This document shows, piece by piece, positions 1-13,438 of a stretch of 64,000 nucleotides of DNA. The position numbers were made by a program, and so were the translations under genes. The notes under the pieces are model-generated. The model did not search any database. It saw only the letters and a list, made by a program, of their open reading frames with translations, and had not been told where the DNA came from. Where the stretch lies: the NCBI RefSeq assembly GCF_009914755.1, contig NC_060934.1; one strand, 5' to 3'. Position 1 is the first letter of the stretch, and the number at the start of each line of letters is the position of its first letter. This DNA comes from the human T2T-CHM13v2.0 reference genome, Homo sapiens.

Positions 1-162
1 TCTCTCTCCAGTGAGAACAGGGGTCCTTCCATTACGAGAATTCTGACTCCAGAAAAAGACCTTTGATCTTATCTTGTCGTGCTGGGTTTGAATGTTGTTT
101 TTTAAATGTGCTGACTCCTGTGCCTGACCGCCTACTGTCTAAGTGCTTTCCATTCACCAGCC

Positions 163-332
163 AGCTCTCAACGCTGGTTGCCCACTAGGATCACCTGGGA
201 GCTTAAAAAAAGCGTACTACCTATCTTATCCCTAAGGGTCTGATTTTATTGTCTGGGGTGGGGTCCTGGCATTAGGACTTCTTACGAGCTCCCAGGTAAC
301 AGCTGTACTGCACAGGCAGGGCTGAGAGCCTT
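163..332. mobile_element. MER5-like hAT-Charlie fossil
   Basis: Recognisable GATCACCTGGGAGCTTAAAA...CTCCCAGGT...CAGGGCTGAGA pattern. Confidence 0.55.
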
Positions 333-933
333 CGACAGGGTGATCTTAAGCACCACCATGTTATTTATCATCCCCATTGGAGAGGTGAGGAATTAAGGCT
401 GGGAGAGCTGGTGTGACTCGCTCAGGGTGTGGCAGGGCTAGGATGTGAACCCAGAAACAGCTGGCTCTGAGGCTTCTGCACTCTGGAGCCTTTCAGACCT
501 GGAGGCCAGCAAGCGCCAGACTTCACAATTTTGAGGAGCGCGGCTCCTCTGTGGGGTCTTAAACAGTGCTGCGGAAATCTAGTCCTAGCACCGGGCAGCT
601 CAGGGCAATGCCCAGCACTGTCTCTGAGGGCCCACTGTTGGCTGCAGCCCTCCCAGGGCATCGGGCTCTTGGCAAGGCTCCCGCTGCCCAGCTCCATGCC
701 CCCAGGCTACTGCCCCCTGAAAGTTGGCAAGCGCCCAGCATGCATGGCTGGTTAGGGGGCTCCGTAACAACGATGCGCTTGCAGATGCCAAGTTAGGTAG
801 TCTGTCTGGCATGCCCATCTCAGCCCGCAAGCATGGGACTCGCCTCCCTGGTGAGTGGGCCCGGCATGCTGGCCCTCCTGGTGGGGTGGCAGGGGGCCGA
901 GGCAGGCGGTCGGGGAGGACTCATGCCACGTAC

Positions 934-996
934 CTTGCCCGGCCAGGCCGGCGGCGCTCGCGGCAGGCGAGGCGGGGGCGGAGCTCTGCCTGCCAA
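934..996 (-). CDS. CAMK2G: CAMK2G alternative linker exon, 63 nt, frame-preserving (VGRQSSAPASPAASAAGLAGQ); paralogous to the CAMK2B VGRQTTAPA actin-binding exon
   Basis: Acceptor CCCCTCAG|TTGGCA, donor AAG|GTACGT; phase 1/1; the peptide matches the 21-aa gamma insert I recognise from CaMKII-gamma isoforms. Confidence 0.92.
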
Positions 997-3561
997 CTGA
1001 GGGGATACAGTCTCTCAGTGCACAGAGCCCCGCAAAGCCACGGGGCCGTCAGCAGCGAGCATGCCCCAGCGCGAGGCGCAGCCCAGGCGGCGTGGCCAAG
1101 CCAGCCGAGCTGGGGGAGCGGAGCGCCAGGGGCAGGCTGAGGAGGTAGGCGCAGCCAGCCCTGCAGCAGTCTGGGGGCCTGGGAAGACCGGGCTGGGCCA
1201 GGGCATAGGGAACACTGCGTCCCCACCAGATGGAGAGGGCTGCAGTGCCTGTCTCATGACCCCCTCCGGAGGAGGGTCCACAGCGAAATGCCTGAGCCGG
1301 TGAGAGGCAGGTGCCCCTTCTGAGGTAGCCCGGCCCTAGCTTAAGGCTGTGATGAAACGCCCTCCCTTCTAGTCCTTCCCTCCCTAGAAGCTAAATGAGC
1401 CCACGATGAGAGTGCCGGGGGCGCAGAGCAGCCCTCTCCCCTCTCTACATCCCACACACTAGAGGGACTGGCGTGGGGGTCCCAGGGAGGGTCTGTGGCC
1501 CTTGTGCAGCTAAGTTTACTGGTGGGCCCCAGCTCCATGCCCCCCAACCCCTCAGAGACACAGGTCCCTGTCTTAAGGGAGGTAGCCGAGAGGCAGCATT
1601 CTCAGTCTGTGTGTCACAGTGTGCTGAGGTGAAAGGTGCCCAAGAAATAAACCCTGAGAAAGAAAACAAAGGCTGCTGAAGCAATACACTCTGGAGGCCC
1701 CGATTCGCTGTTAGCCAAACTGCTAGAGTCCAGGATAAGCCACATCTCCTATTGGAGGTCAACTCAAAAAACAGCCCTAGAGAAACACACAGGTGCCCTT
1801 CCTTCTTGATTGCATCCATAGACACCTCTTTCTGCAGAAGCTTCCGGACAGACTCTGTCCTCACCTGTCCCAGAGTCAGGGCAGAAGAGGCCATCCTGGA
1901 ATGCTTGCAACATTGTTTGTCTCCTCTGACCCAAGGCAAAGTGAGCTCAAAGGCCAGTCTAGGTCTGGCCAATAAGAACAGGAGGCTCTACAGGGATGAA
2001 TAAAATGCTTTGTCCTAACACCCGATTTCCTGAAACCAGGATGCCAGTTTCCTGAAATGGAGGGGGAGGCTGATGTGGAGGCCCGGGGCTGCAAGACAGG
2101 GCCCTTGCTATTGACTGGCTGGGCTAAAAGAGAAGCAGCAGACTGTCTTCACATTTCTTCAACTCAGAGGGGAGAGAGGACAGAGCTTCGCTCTAGGGGC
2201 AACACCGAAACGCCCTTCAATGTCCTCTGGAAAGGCTCGTAGACCCAAAAAGTAGAAGCTGCGTCATTAAAGCACAAGAAGCAAGTGTGGGACTACAGTT
2301 GCAACTCCACCGGAGGCAGCCAGCCACGCTTCCCTGTTCCCATCTGCGAGAGGTGGAGCCACACCACAGTATGCCCGTCGTGGGTACCCATGACACAAGA
2401 TCAAGCCCCAAACCAGGGTCAAAGGAGAAGGCCTAGGGCAGGGCACCACCAGCCCCGGGCTCACTATCCAGCCCTGGCCTTCCGGAGCTCCATGGCTCTC
2501 AGGCTACACCACGAAGCCCTAGGCTCCCTGCCTGCAGCATCCTCACAGCCAAGGCCCTGGCGTTACCTGGAGCCAGCGCAGGCGAGCCCAGCAGGACGGG
2601 TATTCAGAAGTGGCTCCCACTGAGTGGTGGCTTAGGCTCCCACACAACCCCCTTTCCATGGTGGTGCAGAGGGGAAGCAAGGGAGGGAGTCTTATTATGG
2701 GAAGGAGAAGGGGGGGTCTTGAACCAAAACAGTGAGGCAAGGGGTTAGAGGGAGGGAGGACCGGGGGAGATGGCAAGCTGGGCAGAGCCCTCTCTGTCTT
2801 CAGTCTCGACATTAATCTTTTCCTCACAAAAAAGCCACTGTGCTTCCCAATTGAAGGCAAACAATAATAGGGGTTGGGGTGAGGGTGGGGGCAAGAGGGG
2901 AGTGGAGTGTCTTGCATCTTAAAAATAAATGTCAAGTATGATTTACAAATTATTGGTCCCACCTCTCCCAATTCTTTATGCAAATTTAAGCAAGTTCCTT
3001 TCCCTCTCTCCTGCTGGTCTTTATTTCTTCACTGTTATAGCTAGTATCTCAGGGACTATTTTAAGCACAAGTCGCCACAAAAGGTTTAAACATCTGGAAT
3101 AATTTCTATTAGTCATCTCCACTTGGACAAAATGAAGTAAGAGATCGTCCCAGCAGGCAAATGAATGGTGGCAATTTGGCAATTGAGAAGACTCACTGTA
3201 CCTCATCTCTCTTTTCTTCCCCCAGCACATTCTCCAAGATCCTAGAATGGCTAAAATCTGTAAAGTGCTGAGAGTCTTCAGAGAGTTTAATAAGAATCCA
3301 GAGAAACAAGGTACATAGCAAGTTGGGCAGGCTACTCCTTGGGAAGTTCTAGGAAACAATTCACAAATGTGAGTCCAGCCCCCTGAATCTCAGGAGCAGG
3401 ACTCAGCAGCAGCAGCAGCCCCTCAAAACAGGATCCTCACTCGCCCTGGTCAAGGTGTGGCCCAGGACGCCGAGGAAACCCAGCGGTGCCCGGGATGGCA
3501 ACAGCCCATTCCTGATCCACTCACCTCGGCATAATCAAAGTACACAGCTGGGAAAACATAC

Positions 3562-3604
3562 CTGAGAAGTTCCTGGAGACAAGCATGGTCGTGAGGATGG
3601 CACC
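3562..3604 (-). CDS. CAMK2G: CAMK2G exon 12 (GAILTTMLVSRNFS), 43 nt; CaM-binding segment with Thr306/307; ends in phase 1
   Basis: Acceptor CCCCAG|GGTGCC, donor CAG|GTATGT. Confidence 0.97.
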
Positions 3605-3850
3605 CTGGGGAAAGAGGAAGGTCCTGTGAATTCACTGAGACCCTAGAAAAGGGCAGGCTGGTCTCAGGCAAAGGCAGGTCCTGGCTAGAGCCTGAAGACA
3701 TCAGGCCTCTGGGCCCCCTCCCCTGTGACATGTACAACCTTCAGAGCCCAGCTCCAGCCAGGAGGGGAGCTTCCTTCTGAAATGGGGCAGGAGCCACACT
3801 GGTGCAAGGCATGATGTCAAGGAGGCTGGCAGCCTAGAAACGACACTCAC

Positions 3851-3934
3851 CTTCAGTTTTCTCCGGGCATTGAACTTGCGCAAACACTCCACAGTCTCCT
3901 GACGATGCATCATGGATGCCACCGTGGATCGTTG
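3851..3934 (-). CDS. CAMK2G: CAMK2G exon 11 ([28 protein letters not shown]), 84 nt; regulatory segment with Met281/282, Thr287 (codon 3893-3895) and Arg292 (codon 3878-3880)
   Basis: Acceptor TTCTAG|CAACGA, donor AAG|GTGAGT; 819 coding nt upstream place the RQET threonine at 287, as expected for gamma. Confidence 0.98.
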
Positions 3935-4467
3935 CTAGAAACCAAACAGACAGGCTATGAGCCCCAGCCCAGATCCTCTGCGCCTCCCACAGTCCTGGCA
4001 CCGATACCATGCCCAGGACAGGGTCATGCACTCAGCCACCCCAGAGTTGCTCTGAAGATGAAATGAGGTCACAGATGTGAAAACGCTTTTAGAATAAAAG
4101 CACTACCCGAAACTCAAGGTTACATAAGGACAACATGAACGTGAGAACACCATAACGGATGCTAGACGGGCTGCTGAGAGACCGTCCTATTCTTCCTTGG
4201 GAAACAGAGGCTACCGAACAGGAGAGTACCCTGGGGGCTGTGATCCTCATTCAGTCACTCCTTAGGCAGCTGTTTACTGAGCACCTACTGCGTTCCAGAT
4301 GCTCAGCAGCGAGAGAACGGCAGGGTTCCTGCTCTCTACAGAGGACATTCCTTCCTTCCAAGAGCCCCTCTCCACACACCCCCAGCAAGGTCCTGAATGA
4401 AGCCATGATCCCAGAAGCTAAGGATCGTCACCTTGAAGCATCAATTCTTTTCATCATTCTGGATGTA

Positions 4468-4757
4468 ATTTTTTTTTTTTTTGCAATGGAGTCTCGCTTT
4501 GTCAGTCAGGCTGGAGTGCAGTGGTGCAATCTCGGCTCACCGTAGCCTCCGCCTCTCAGGTTCTCCTGTCTTGGCCTCCCGAGTAGCTGGGACTACAGGC
4601 ACATCCCACCACACCCAGCTAATTTTTGTATTTTTAGTAGAGACAGGGTTGGCCATGTTGGCCAGGCTGGTGGTCTCGAACTCCTGACCTCAAGTGATCT
4701 GCTCACTTCGGCCTCCCAGAGTCCTGGGATAACAGGTGTGAGCCACTGTGCCCCGCC
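4468..4757 (-). mobile_element. Alu (S-like, small internal deletion)
   Basis: Poly-T followed by Alu antisense consensus. Confidence 0.9.
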
Positions 4758-5487
4758 TTTTTTGGATGGAAATTTGTCTTCAATGTATTTACTGCTAACT
4801 TCCTGGCCTCCTTAAACAGAGTCCATGGGACACAGTCTACACTTCCTCAATGACTCAGCTGTCAATACCAGCATCATTATGTAATTTCAGAATATAGTGA
4901 TGTCCTCAGGGGCTCGAGACACACGGGACTGCAGAGGGTAGGGCCTGCAAAAATGACCCCAGAACAGAATATTTCCCCCATTCTTGGGTGCCTGTTTCAG
5001 GTTGCTTGCCCTCTCCCCTTGCTGTTGCTGTCTTCACCAGCCTGTCAGAAAAACAAATCCTGGCACCTGCAGCCAGGTGCCCACCAACACTACGGGGCCT
5101 CCTCGCATCCTTTCCCTCACCCTTGGCCCACTCTTTCCAGGTCCGGAGGCAACTCTCCCCACCTTCTCTACCTTCCCCAAGTCTCTCATTTTACCTCCTC
5201 CTCGGTGTAAATTTCTCCAAAAGCAAAATGAGAGGTCATCAGCAAGAACCCCTTTCAGCTCAGACTTCCACTCACAAGCCGATCTTCACCTGCCTCCACA
5301 CTAATAGAAGTCTCAGGGGGATCATGGTCATCCCCGGGATGGACCCCCTGCCCTTGGCTCAGGAGCCCCCTCTCTTTTTCTGCTGTCCAAACCTTTGCTT
5401 CCTCAATTAGCAAGGATCTTCAACTCTTTCCTCTGGACTAGATTCTTCTCTATAGATTATAGTTAAGCCTCTCCTTAAACAAAAAAA

Positions 5488-6086
<599 letters not shown>

Positions 6087-6692
6087 TTACATTAAAAGCT
6101 CCCCTGGCCCATCTTAATCTAAGTATCACCATTTATTTCCCACCTCAATGCCTAGCTCCCCATGCCCCTCCTCACCCTCACTCCCTCTTCGTCTCACTGA
6201 AAACAGGGTTTCATCTTTCTCTCCACTGTCTCAGTGAAATGATGAAACAATGGCATCTAATGGTCAGAGCCAGGGGATTCTTCCCCAACTTAATCAGGGA
6301 CTCTTCTGCATCTGATTCCTGACGCTCCCTTACTGAGACCCCCTGTTTCTTAGCTTCTGGGTCTTCTGGAAGGTCTCACTCTCAGTGCTCTTTGCTGGGC
6401 CCCCTAACTCTCCCTATCATTAAATGCTGGTGTGTAGTGGCCGTCTCTTCTCTACTACAGCCAATAGAAGCTCACCGTAAGAACTCAACCAGCATAGGAA
6501 CAGGCCCATCTACAGCATAGGAAGAGGCTATTTCTACAGCCTCACTACCAACTACACAGAAATGACTACAATGTGGATTTCCAATTTTTAGCTTCTTTTC
6601 TAATCTCTAGGACCATATTTCTAACCACCCACTGAATGTGTCTGGCTGGAGGTTGCCAGACTCAGCAGGCACAAAATGAAAACCATCATCTT

Positions 6693-6987
<295 letters not shown>

Positions 6988-7297
6988 GAAAACCATCGTC
7001 TTGTCTCACAAACAAGCTCCTCCTCTGGTTTTCTTCTGGGTCAGTGAGGGTACAACTCTCCGCTCAACTTGAAACCTGGCCTCTCTCTTCTTTGCTCCCC
7101 CCAAATCCAACTGGAGAGAATTAAATCCTTTAGGTTCTCTCAAATATCTCTTGAATTTCAACACACTGCACATTCCCCCATCCTTACCCTCTGCTGAGAC
7201 CTCACCTGGTCTTGCTTAGACTATTCCAACTATTAAAAAAGCTTCCTGAGCTCTCTGTCTCCAGCCCTTTTCTTTTAAAAATTTTCAATTCCCTTCT

Positions 7298-7473
7298 TTT
7301 TTTTTTTTTTTTTTTAAAGAGGTGGGGTCTGACCATCTTTCCCAGGCTGGAGTACAATGACTATTCACAGGTGCAATCATAGCTCGCTGCAGCCTCAAAC
7401 TCCTGGGCTTATGATCCTCCTGCCTCAGCATCCCCAGCAGCTGAGACTACAGGCACATGCCACCATGCCTGGC
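7298..7473 (-). mobile_element. Partial old Alu / monomer
   Basis: Poly-T plus one diverged arm. Confidence 0.75.
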
Positions 7474-8502
7474 AATTCATTTCCTCACAACTTCCAAAGT
7501 GTTCTTAAATGCAAATTTCATTCTTCTTTAAAACCCTTAAATGATTCCCTATGTTTTCAGAATAAAATCCAAACTCCTGAGGCAGAAACTTGTATGTCAG
7601 GGAATCTTTTGCCCCATTCTCTTGCATTCTGATATTTGCAGCCTCATCGACAACCAAACAACTCAACATTCCTTCAACTCACCATAGTTTCCCATAACCT
7701 CTCACTGTGCTAAACTCTGTCTGCAGGTTAACGTTCTGAGGACCTCGTTATTTGCCAAGAACAAGCACAGGGGTGTCACCTCCTCCGTGCAGCCTTCAGT
7801 AACCCCACCACCCACCAGGAACAGTAGGAGCTCCTGTACTCTCATTAGATTCTTGTACCTACTTGTCACATTGTAACATGACTGCCTGTTTGAGTGCCTG
7901 TCTCCCTAGATGATCTTTTGGGGCAGGGACCATGCCTCATTCATCTTTGTATCTCCAGCACCCAGACGGTAACCAGCACCAAAGAGGTATTTAATAAACA
8001 CAGAATGGACAGATAAATAATGCCTCGTGGTTGTCAAGATGCCTAACTCTACCAAATCCTCTTCTTTGTCTGAAAGTTGATATTTCAGCTTGAAAGAATT
8101 GTGTATAAAAACAGAGTACGTCAACCCACACTGATAGCCTAGAGGACTCTCCTAGGACTTTAGCGCAGAAGCTTTATGCCTCAGCTTTTATGCTTTTAAT
8201 GACTCAGAAACCCCTTCTGTTGATTTGTTGGATCTTGGTCACCACTCCAGTGGAGTTGAGATCTGAGTATGAACCCCAGCTTGGGAATTCACTTTGGGTT
8301 TTGCCAGCTGCTTTCTATCACCGGCTACCTGGAGTCCACAAGGGTCAACCTGAGCCCTCATCCAAGAACAGAACCAATCCCAGCCTGACAGCCATGAGTG
8401 GGGGAGAGAGGAGCAGTGGCCCACCAGCCCCATCAGCCTCCCGAGTCTCCCTGGTGACATTTATTGACCCTGGCCCTCAACAGTCCTCTGCCCGCCTGCT
8501 CA

Positions 8503-8739
<237 letters not shown>

Positions 8740-9379
8740 CTAAGGAGCAGGAATAGGGAGAAGAATGTGGTATTGGTGAGCTTCATACCCTGCAACACTG
8801 GCTCTGTCTTCAACTCAACTCCTGTAATTGGGATACTCTGTGGTACCTAAAGCTGTGACTGGCAGAGTTGGAGAAGCCCTGCGGCTATTCCAGAACCTGT
8901 GTCAACTTAAAGACTTGGAAAGACAGACAGAACAGTCATGTTTAGAATGCCAGAACATCAGATTAGAGCGGGAAGGGGACTCCAACATTCTCTGGTTTAA
9001 GCCCAGCTCTATACTTAGGAGGGAACAGAGGCTCAGCAATGTGTCCAAGGTGCCACTGCAGTGGAGGGAGTCTCCAGGCCTTTTGTCCCTGTGTTACACA
9101 GCACACCAATGAGGCCGCTCCATTCTTTGCAAGTAAAGATCAAAGGACTTCAGTGGACTCCTCAATTTTAGTTATGAAGAAGGCTGTGCAAAAGAAAGTT
9201 GCTCCCTGGGACATAGAGTGGCAAGAATTGGGCCCTGGATGCCCATTCCTGGGTCCTCAAAGTCCCCTGACACCCCCTGTATCACGTGACACACTAAACA
9301 AGCCTGCTCCCTTGGACAGAGCCCGAGGAGCAGGACATCTGCCCTTCCTGGCCTGGCTGCCCGGCTCTCTGGTCCTTAC

Positions 9380-9474
9380 ATCATAGGCTCCAGCCTTGAT
9401 CTGCTGATACAGCTTGTGCTGATCCTCATCCCAGAAGGGAGGATAGCCCACCAGGAGGATATACAGGATGACCC
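9380..9474 (-). CDS. CAMK2G: CAMK2G exon 9 ([32 protein letters not shown]), 95 nt
   Basis: Acceptor TCGTAG|GGGTCA, donor GAT|GTAAGG. Confidence 0.98.
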
Positions 9475-9654
9475 CTACGAGACAGAACACACAGGTCATG
9501 GGGGTCAGTCGCCTACTTCCCTGAGGAACCAAGAAAAACCATGCAGGGCTCAGAGCCACCTAGAAAGGCAGGGGCCATACCAGAGTCAGAAGTGGATGCC
9601 AGCCGATAATGCTATGCTACCAGCCCCTCCTGCTATGCCTCACACTTCACGTCA

Positions 9655-10050
<396 letters not shown>

Positions 10051-10351
10051 TTAAATCCACACCAGCCATTTCCCCCAAGTCCCATCTTATTCCTGCTGCT
10101 TTTGCTACATAAACTCTCAGCACATGGGCAGCAAGAGCTGACAGGCTGGGCTTCTTGTAGCGCCTGGAATCTGAACCAGACGGCAAAGCCGTATGCCTAC
10201 CAGGAACTCCAGCTCCTTCCCACAGGCAGCAAGAAAGCAGTGCTGACAACAGCTAGACTTACTGTACTGAGTCGCGTACGGCCAAGAGAGATCTCGGAGG
10301 CCAGGACCATTAAGGGTCTGGCTTCTAGTTCTAATAGAGGAAGGCAGATCA

Positions 10352-10615
<264 letters not shown>

Positions 10616-10652
10616 TCATGAGCAGAGGCACGGAGGGGAGCCTGGGTAGTAC

Positions 10653-10725
10653 CTTCAGGTCCCTGTGGACGATGTCATGCTGGTGGATGTGGTTAACACT
10701 CTCCAGAATCTGATGTATACAGTGG
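10653..10725 (-). CDS. CAMK2G: CAMK2G exon 6 ([24 protein letters not shown]), 73 nt; HRD catalytic loop
   Basis: Acceptor TTTTTTAG|CCACTG, donor AAG|GTACTA (weak). Confidence 0.97.
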
Positions 10726-11383
10726 CTAAAAAAGCAGAAGGAAAAGAAATGTTAGCGCAGGGTTAAACCACCTCATCCACATCCACAACCACATGCTGCA
10801 GACTAAGGCATGTGACAAGGGGCCACGGATTCACAGAGAATCACTTAACGGCCACTGGAACCTTAGACTCTGCACATCATCTTGTTCAACCTATTTAAAG
10901 AAAGAGGAAACCGAGGCCCAGGCAGATGCAATGGTTTTTCTAGGATCACCGCTAGAACGGGTTCCTCTCACCCCCTTTTGACTGGAAAGGTCTAACACAA
11001 CCAACTCATTTCCAAGAGATCAGGAGACAGCCCAGAATCCTGAGGAAGAAGAGAGCATCCAATCCCTTCCTTCTTTCTCTTTCTCCATACAGTAACTTTG
11101 TTCTTGGAGAAGAAGCTTGTGCTGGCAACTTAGGAAGGAGAGTCCAACTAAACAACCTAAGCTACTTTGGCGGTGGGTGCACTCATTCATTTCCCTAAAT
11201 GTTTATTGAGTGCCTAGGATAATGAAGATGGACAAGACCCAATAGCTGCCCTGAGGTCTGGCATCCAGTAAGGCAGCTAAAACAAGTACAAAGATACCTT
11301 TAAGAAACAATGTACTTAAGAGCTTCCAAACAGGGCATTTAAGGAGCACTTCTGATGATTTTGCGTAGAGAAAAAAACCCAAA

Positions 11384-11686
11384 GTTATTTTATTATTTTA
11401 TTTTTGAGACAGGGTCTCACTCTGTTGCCTGGGTTAGAGTGCAATGTCGTGAACACAGCTCACCGCAGCCTTGACCTCCTGGGCTCAAGCAATCCTCCCA
11501 CTTCAGCCTCCCCAGTAGCTGGGACCACAAGCATGAGCCACCGTGCCCAGCTAATTTTTGTATTTTTTTGTGGAGACAAGGTCTCACCATGTTGCCCAGG
11601 CTGGTCTTGAACTCCTGAGCTCAAGTGATCCACCCACCTTGGCCTCTCAGTGTTGGGATTACAGGCGTGAGCCACTGCGCCCAGCC
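11384..11686 (-). mobile_element. AluJ-like
   Basis: Full antisense Alu with GGCTCAAGCAATCCTCCCAC. Confidence 0.9.
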
Positions 11687-11779
11687 ACAGTCACACACGT
11701 AAATCAGACTGTCCACATAGCAAACCATCCTGCCATCCCTGTCATCAAACTCCTGACAGGGAGCGGGGGCAGTCTAGAG

Positions 11780-12011
11780 CAGTGGTTTTCAACTGGGAAT
11801 GAATTTGCCGCCCGCCCCCCCCCACCGCAGGGGACATTTGGCAATGCCTAGAGAAATTTCTGGTTGTCACAACTGGAGGAGGGGTGCTCCCAGCATTTGG
11901 TGGGCAGAGGCCAAGGATGCTTCTAAATGTCTGCCACAATGCACAGGAGAGGCCTCACAACAAGGAAGTACCTGGCCTAAAACGTTAGTAGCACCAAGGC
12001 TGAGGAACTTG
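11780..12011 (+). mobile_element. MER20 (hAT-Charlie) DNA transposon
   Basis: CAGTGGTTTTCAAC...GGGGACATTTGGCAATG...GGTTGTCACAACTGG...CACAATGCACAGG; flanks gtctagag / gcctagaa resemble an NTCTAGAN target duplication. Confidence 0.85.
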
Positions 12012-13132
12012 GCCTAGAATATAGACCCCCGTCATCAGGCACTATCTGGTATATTAAGCACATCTGCAGAGCATCCCAGTGTATGGGGCTGGGTGGCCTG
12101 GACTTACTATTCCTAAAATCTGATGCTGGGGATGCCACAAGAACCAAGGGGTCGTACTGGGTCCCTGGGGGCTGAAACTCGGGCCTCCCCATAGGACACA
12201 GCCCAAGAGTGGGCCACAGAAACTTTAAGACTGAGCTATAGAGGCGAGTCTCCACAGAGATGTATAATTAGAACAGAGCCGGGCTAGCAGGGAGCGCCTT
12301 CTGGCCAAAAATGGCAAAAGTGCGAAGTGTCCCAGCAGAGCCAGGCCAAGCCCACTGGTACAGTCACCCCCCCTCAGGGCCCCCTCCCTATAGCTCTCCC
12401 TCCTCCCCGCAGGCTCCCTGAGCCATCACTGCCTCCTCCGTCCCAGAGCCTCGTCCTCCCCTGCTGGCACTGGAATTCATCTCCCCACTTGAGAATTCTT
12501 CCCGAGGCTGAAGCATCTGAAGTTGATCAGCAAACATTGGCCTCTCAAGGTTGAGAAATTCGTGAGGAAGCTGCACTCCCCCACTCTCCAGAAGCAGCCA
12601 GAGCTGCCACATAAGCCAGATAAGCTGCAGGCAGGATGATCAAAACCAGGTTGTAGGGACATCACCCTCGAGAAAAGCAAGGCTGGGGGAAGAGCCAAGG
12701 CGGGAAAGGCAGGCTGAACAGGCGCCTGAGAGCGTGGGTGAGGGAGGCACCAGGGATTCCAGGGAGGGCAGAGGCTGAGGCATGTGGCCGGGGAACGGTC
12801 CTCAAGTTGGAGGAGCCCCACGGCAAGGCTGGTCATGGTGGTCTAGGGACAAGGTGACAGAGGCTGAAAGCTCCCGGGGCTCTATGGTTGGATTATCAGC
12901 CCAGAACTCTCCACTCCCTCAGGACAGAAACCATGTCTTCTGCACCTCTGGATCATGCCAGAGCCTCAGCACAGTGGCTTGAGCACACCAGAATTTGTCA
13001 AAGGAAAGAAAAGGGCAGAGGGGGACATTGGGCATGGTGGCGAGTACATGGTAGTGCAAAAAAAAAGTATTTCTGGGGTCACAGGGTAAAGGAGACTTGG
13101 AAAAGCTTTGTAAAACATTCATTTGGAAGTGA

Positions 13133-13438
13133 TTTTTTTTGTGGGGGGGGGGGAGGGGGACATAGTCTCGCTCTGTTACGCAGGCTGGAGTGCAGTGGCA
13201 TGATCTTGGCTCACTGCAACCTTCGCTTACAGGTTTAAGTGATTCTCCTGCCTCAGCCGCCTAAGTAGCTGGGATTACAGGCACACACCACCACACCCGG
13301 CTAATTTTTTTGTATTTTTAGTAGAGACAGGGTTTCACTATGTTGGCCAGGCTGGGCTCCAACTTCTGACCTCAGGTGATCCAACTGCCTCAGCCTCCCA
13401 AAGTGCTGGGATTACAGGCATGAGCCACTGCGCCTGGT
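13133..13438 (-). mobile_element. AluS-like with a G-run in the tail region
   Basis: Alu antisense consensus. Confidence 0.9.

Noticed and set aside
3405-3420. (CAG)5 in intron 12
   Set aside because: Too short to be notable or unstable.
3525-3547. Apparent 23-nt microexon (TTTTCCCAG|CTGTG...GAG|GTGAGT)
   Set aside because: Only 14 nt from the exon 12 donor, too short for an intron, and frame-incompatible as a mutually exclusive exon; kept only as an alternative donor.
6490-6540. Degenerate 23/24-bp tandem duplication (CAGCATAGGAA...TCTA)
   Set aside because: Old, diverged two-copy duplication with no functional signal.
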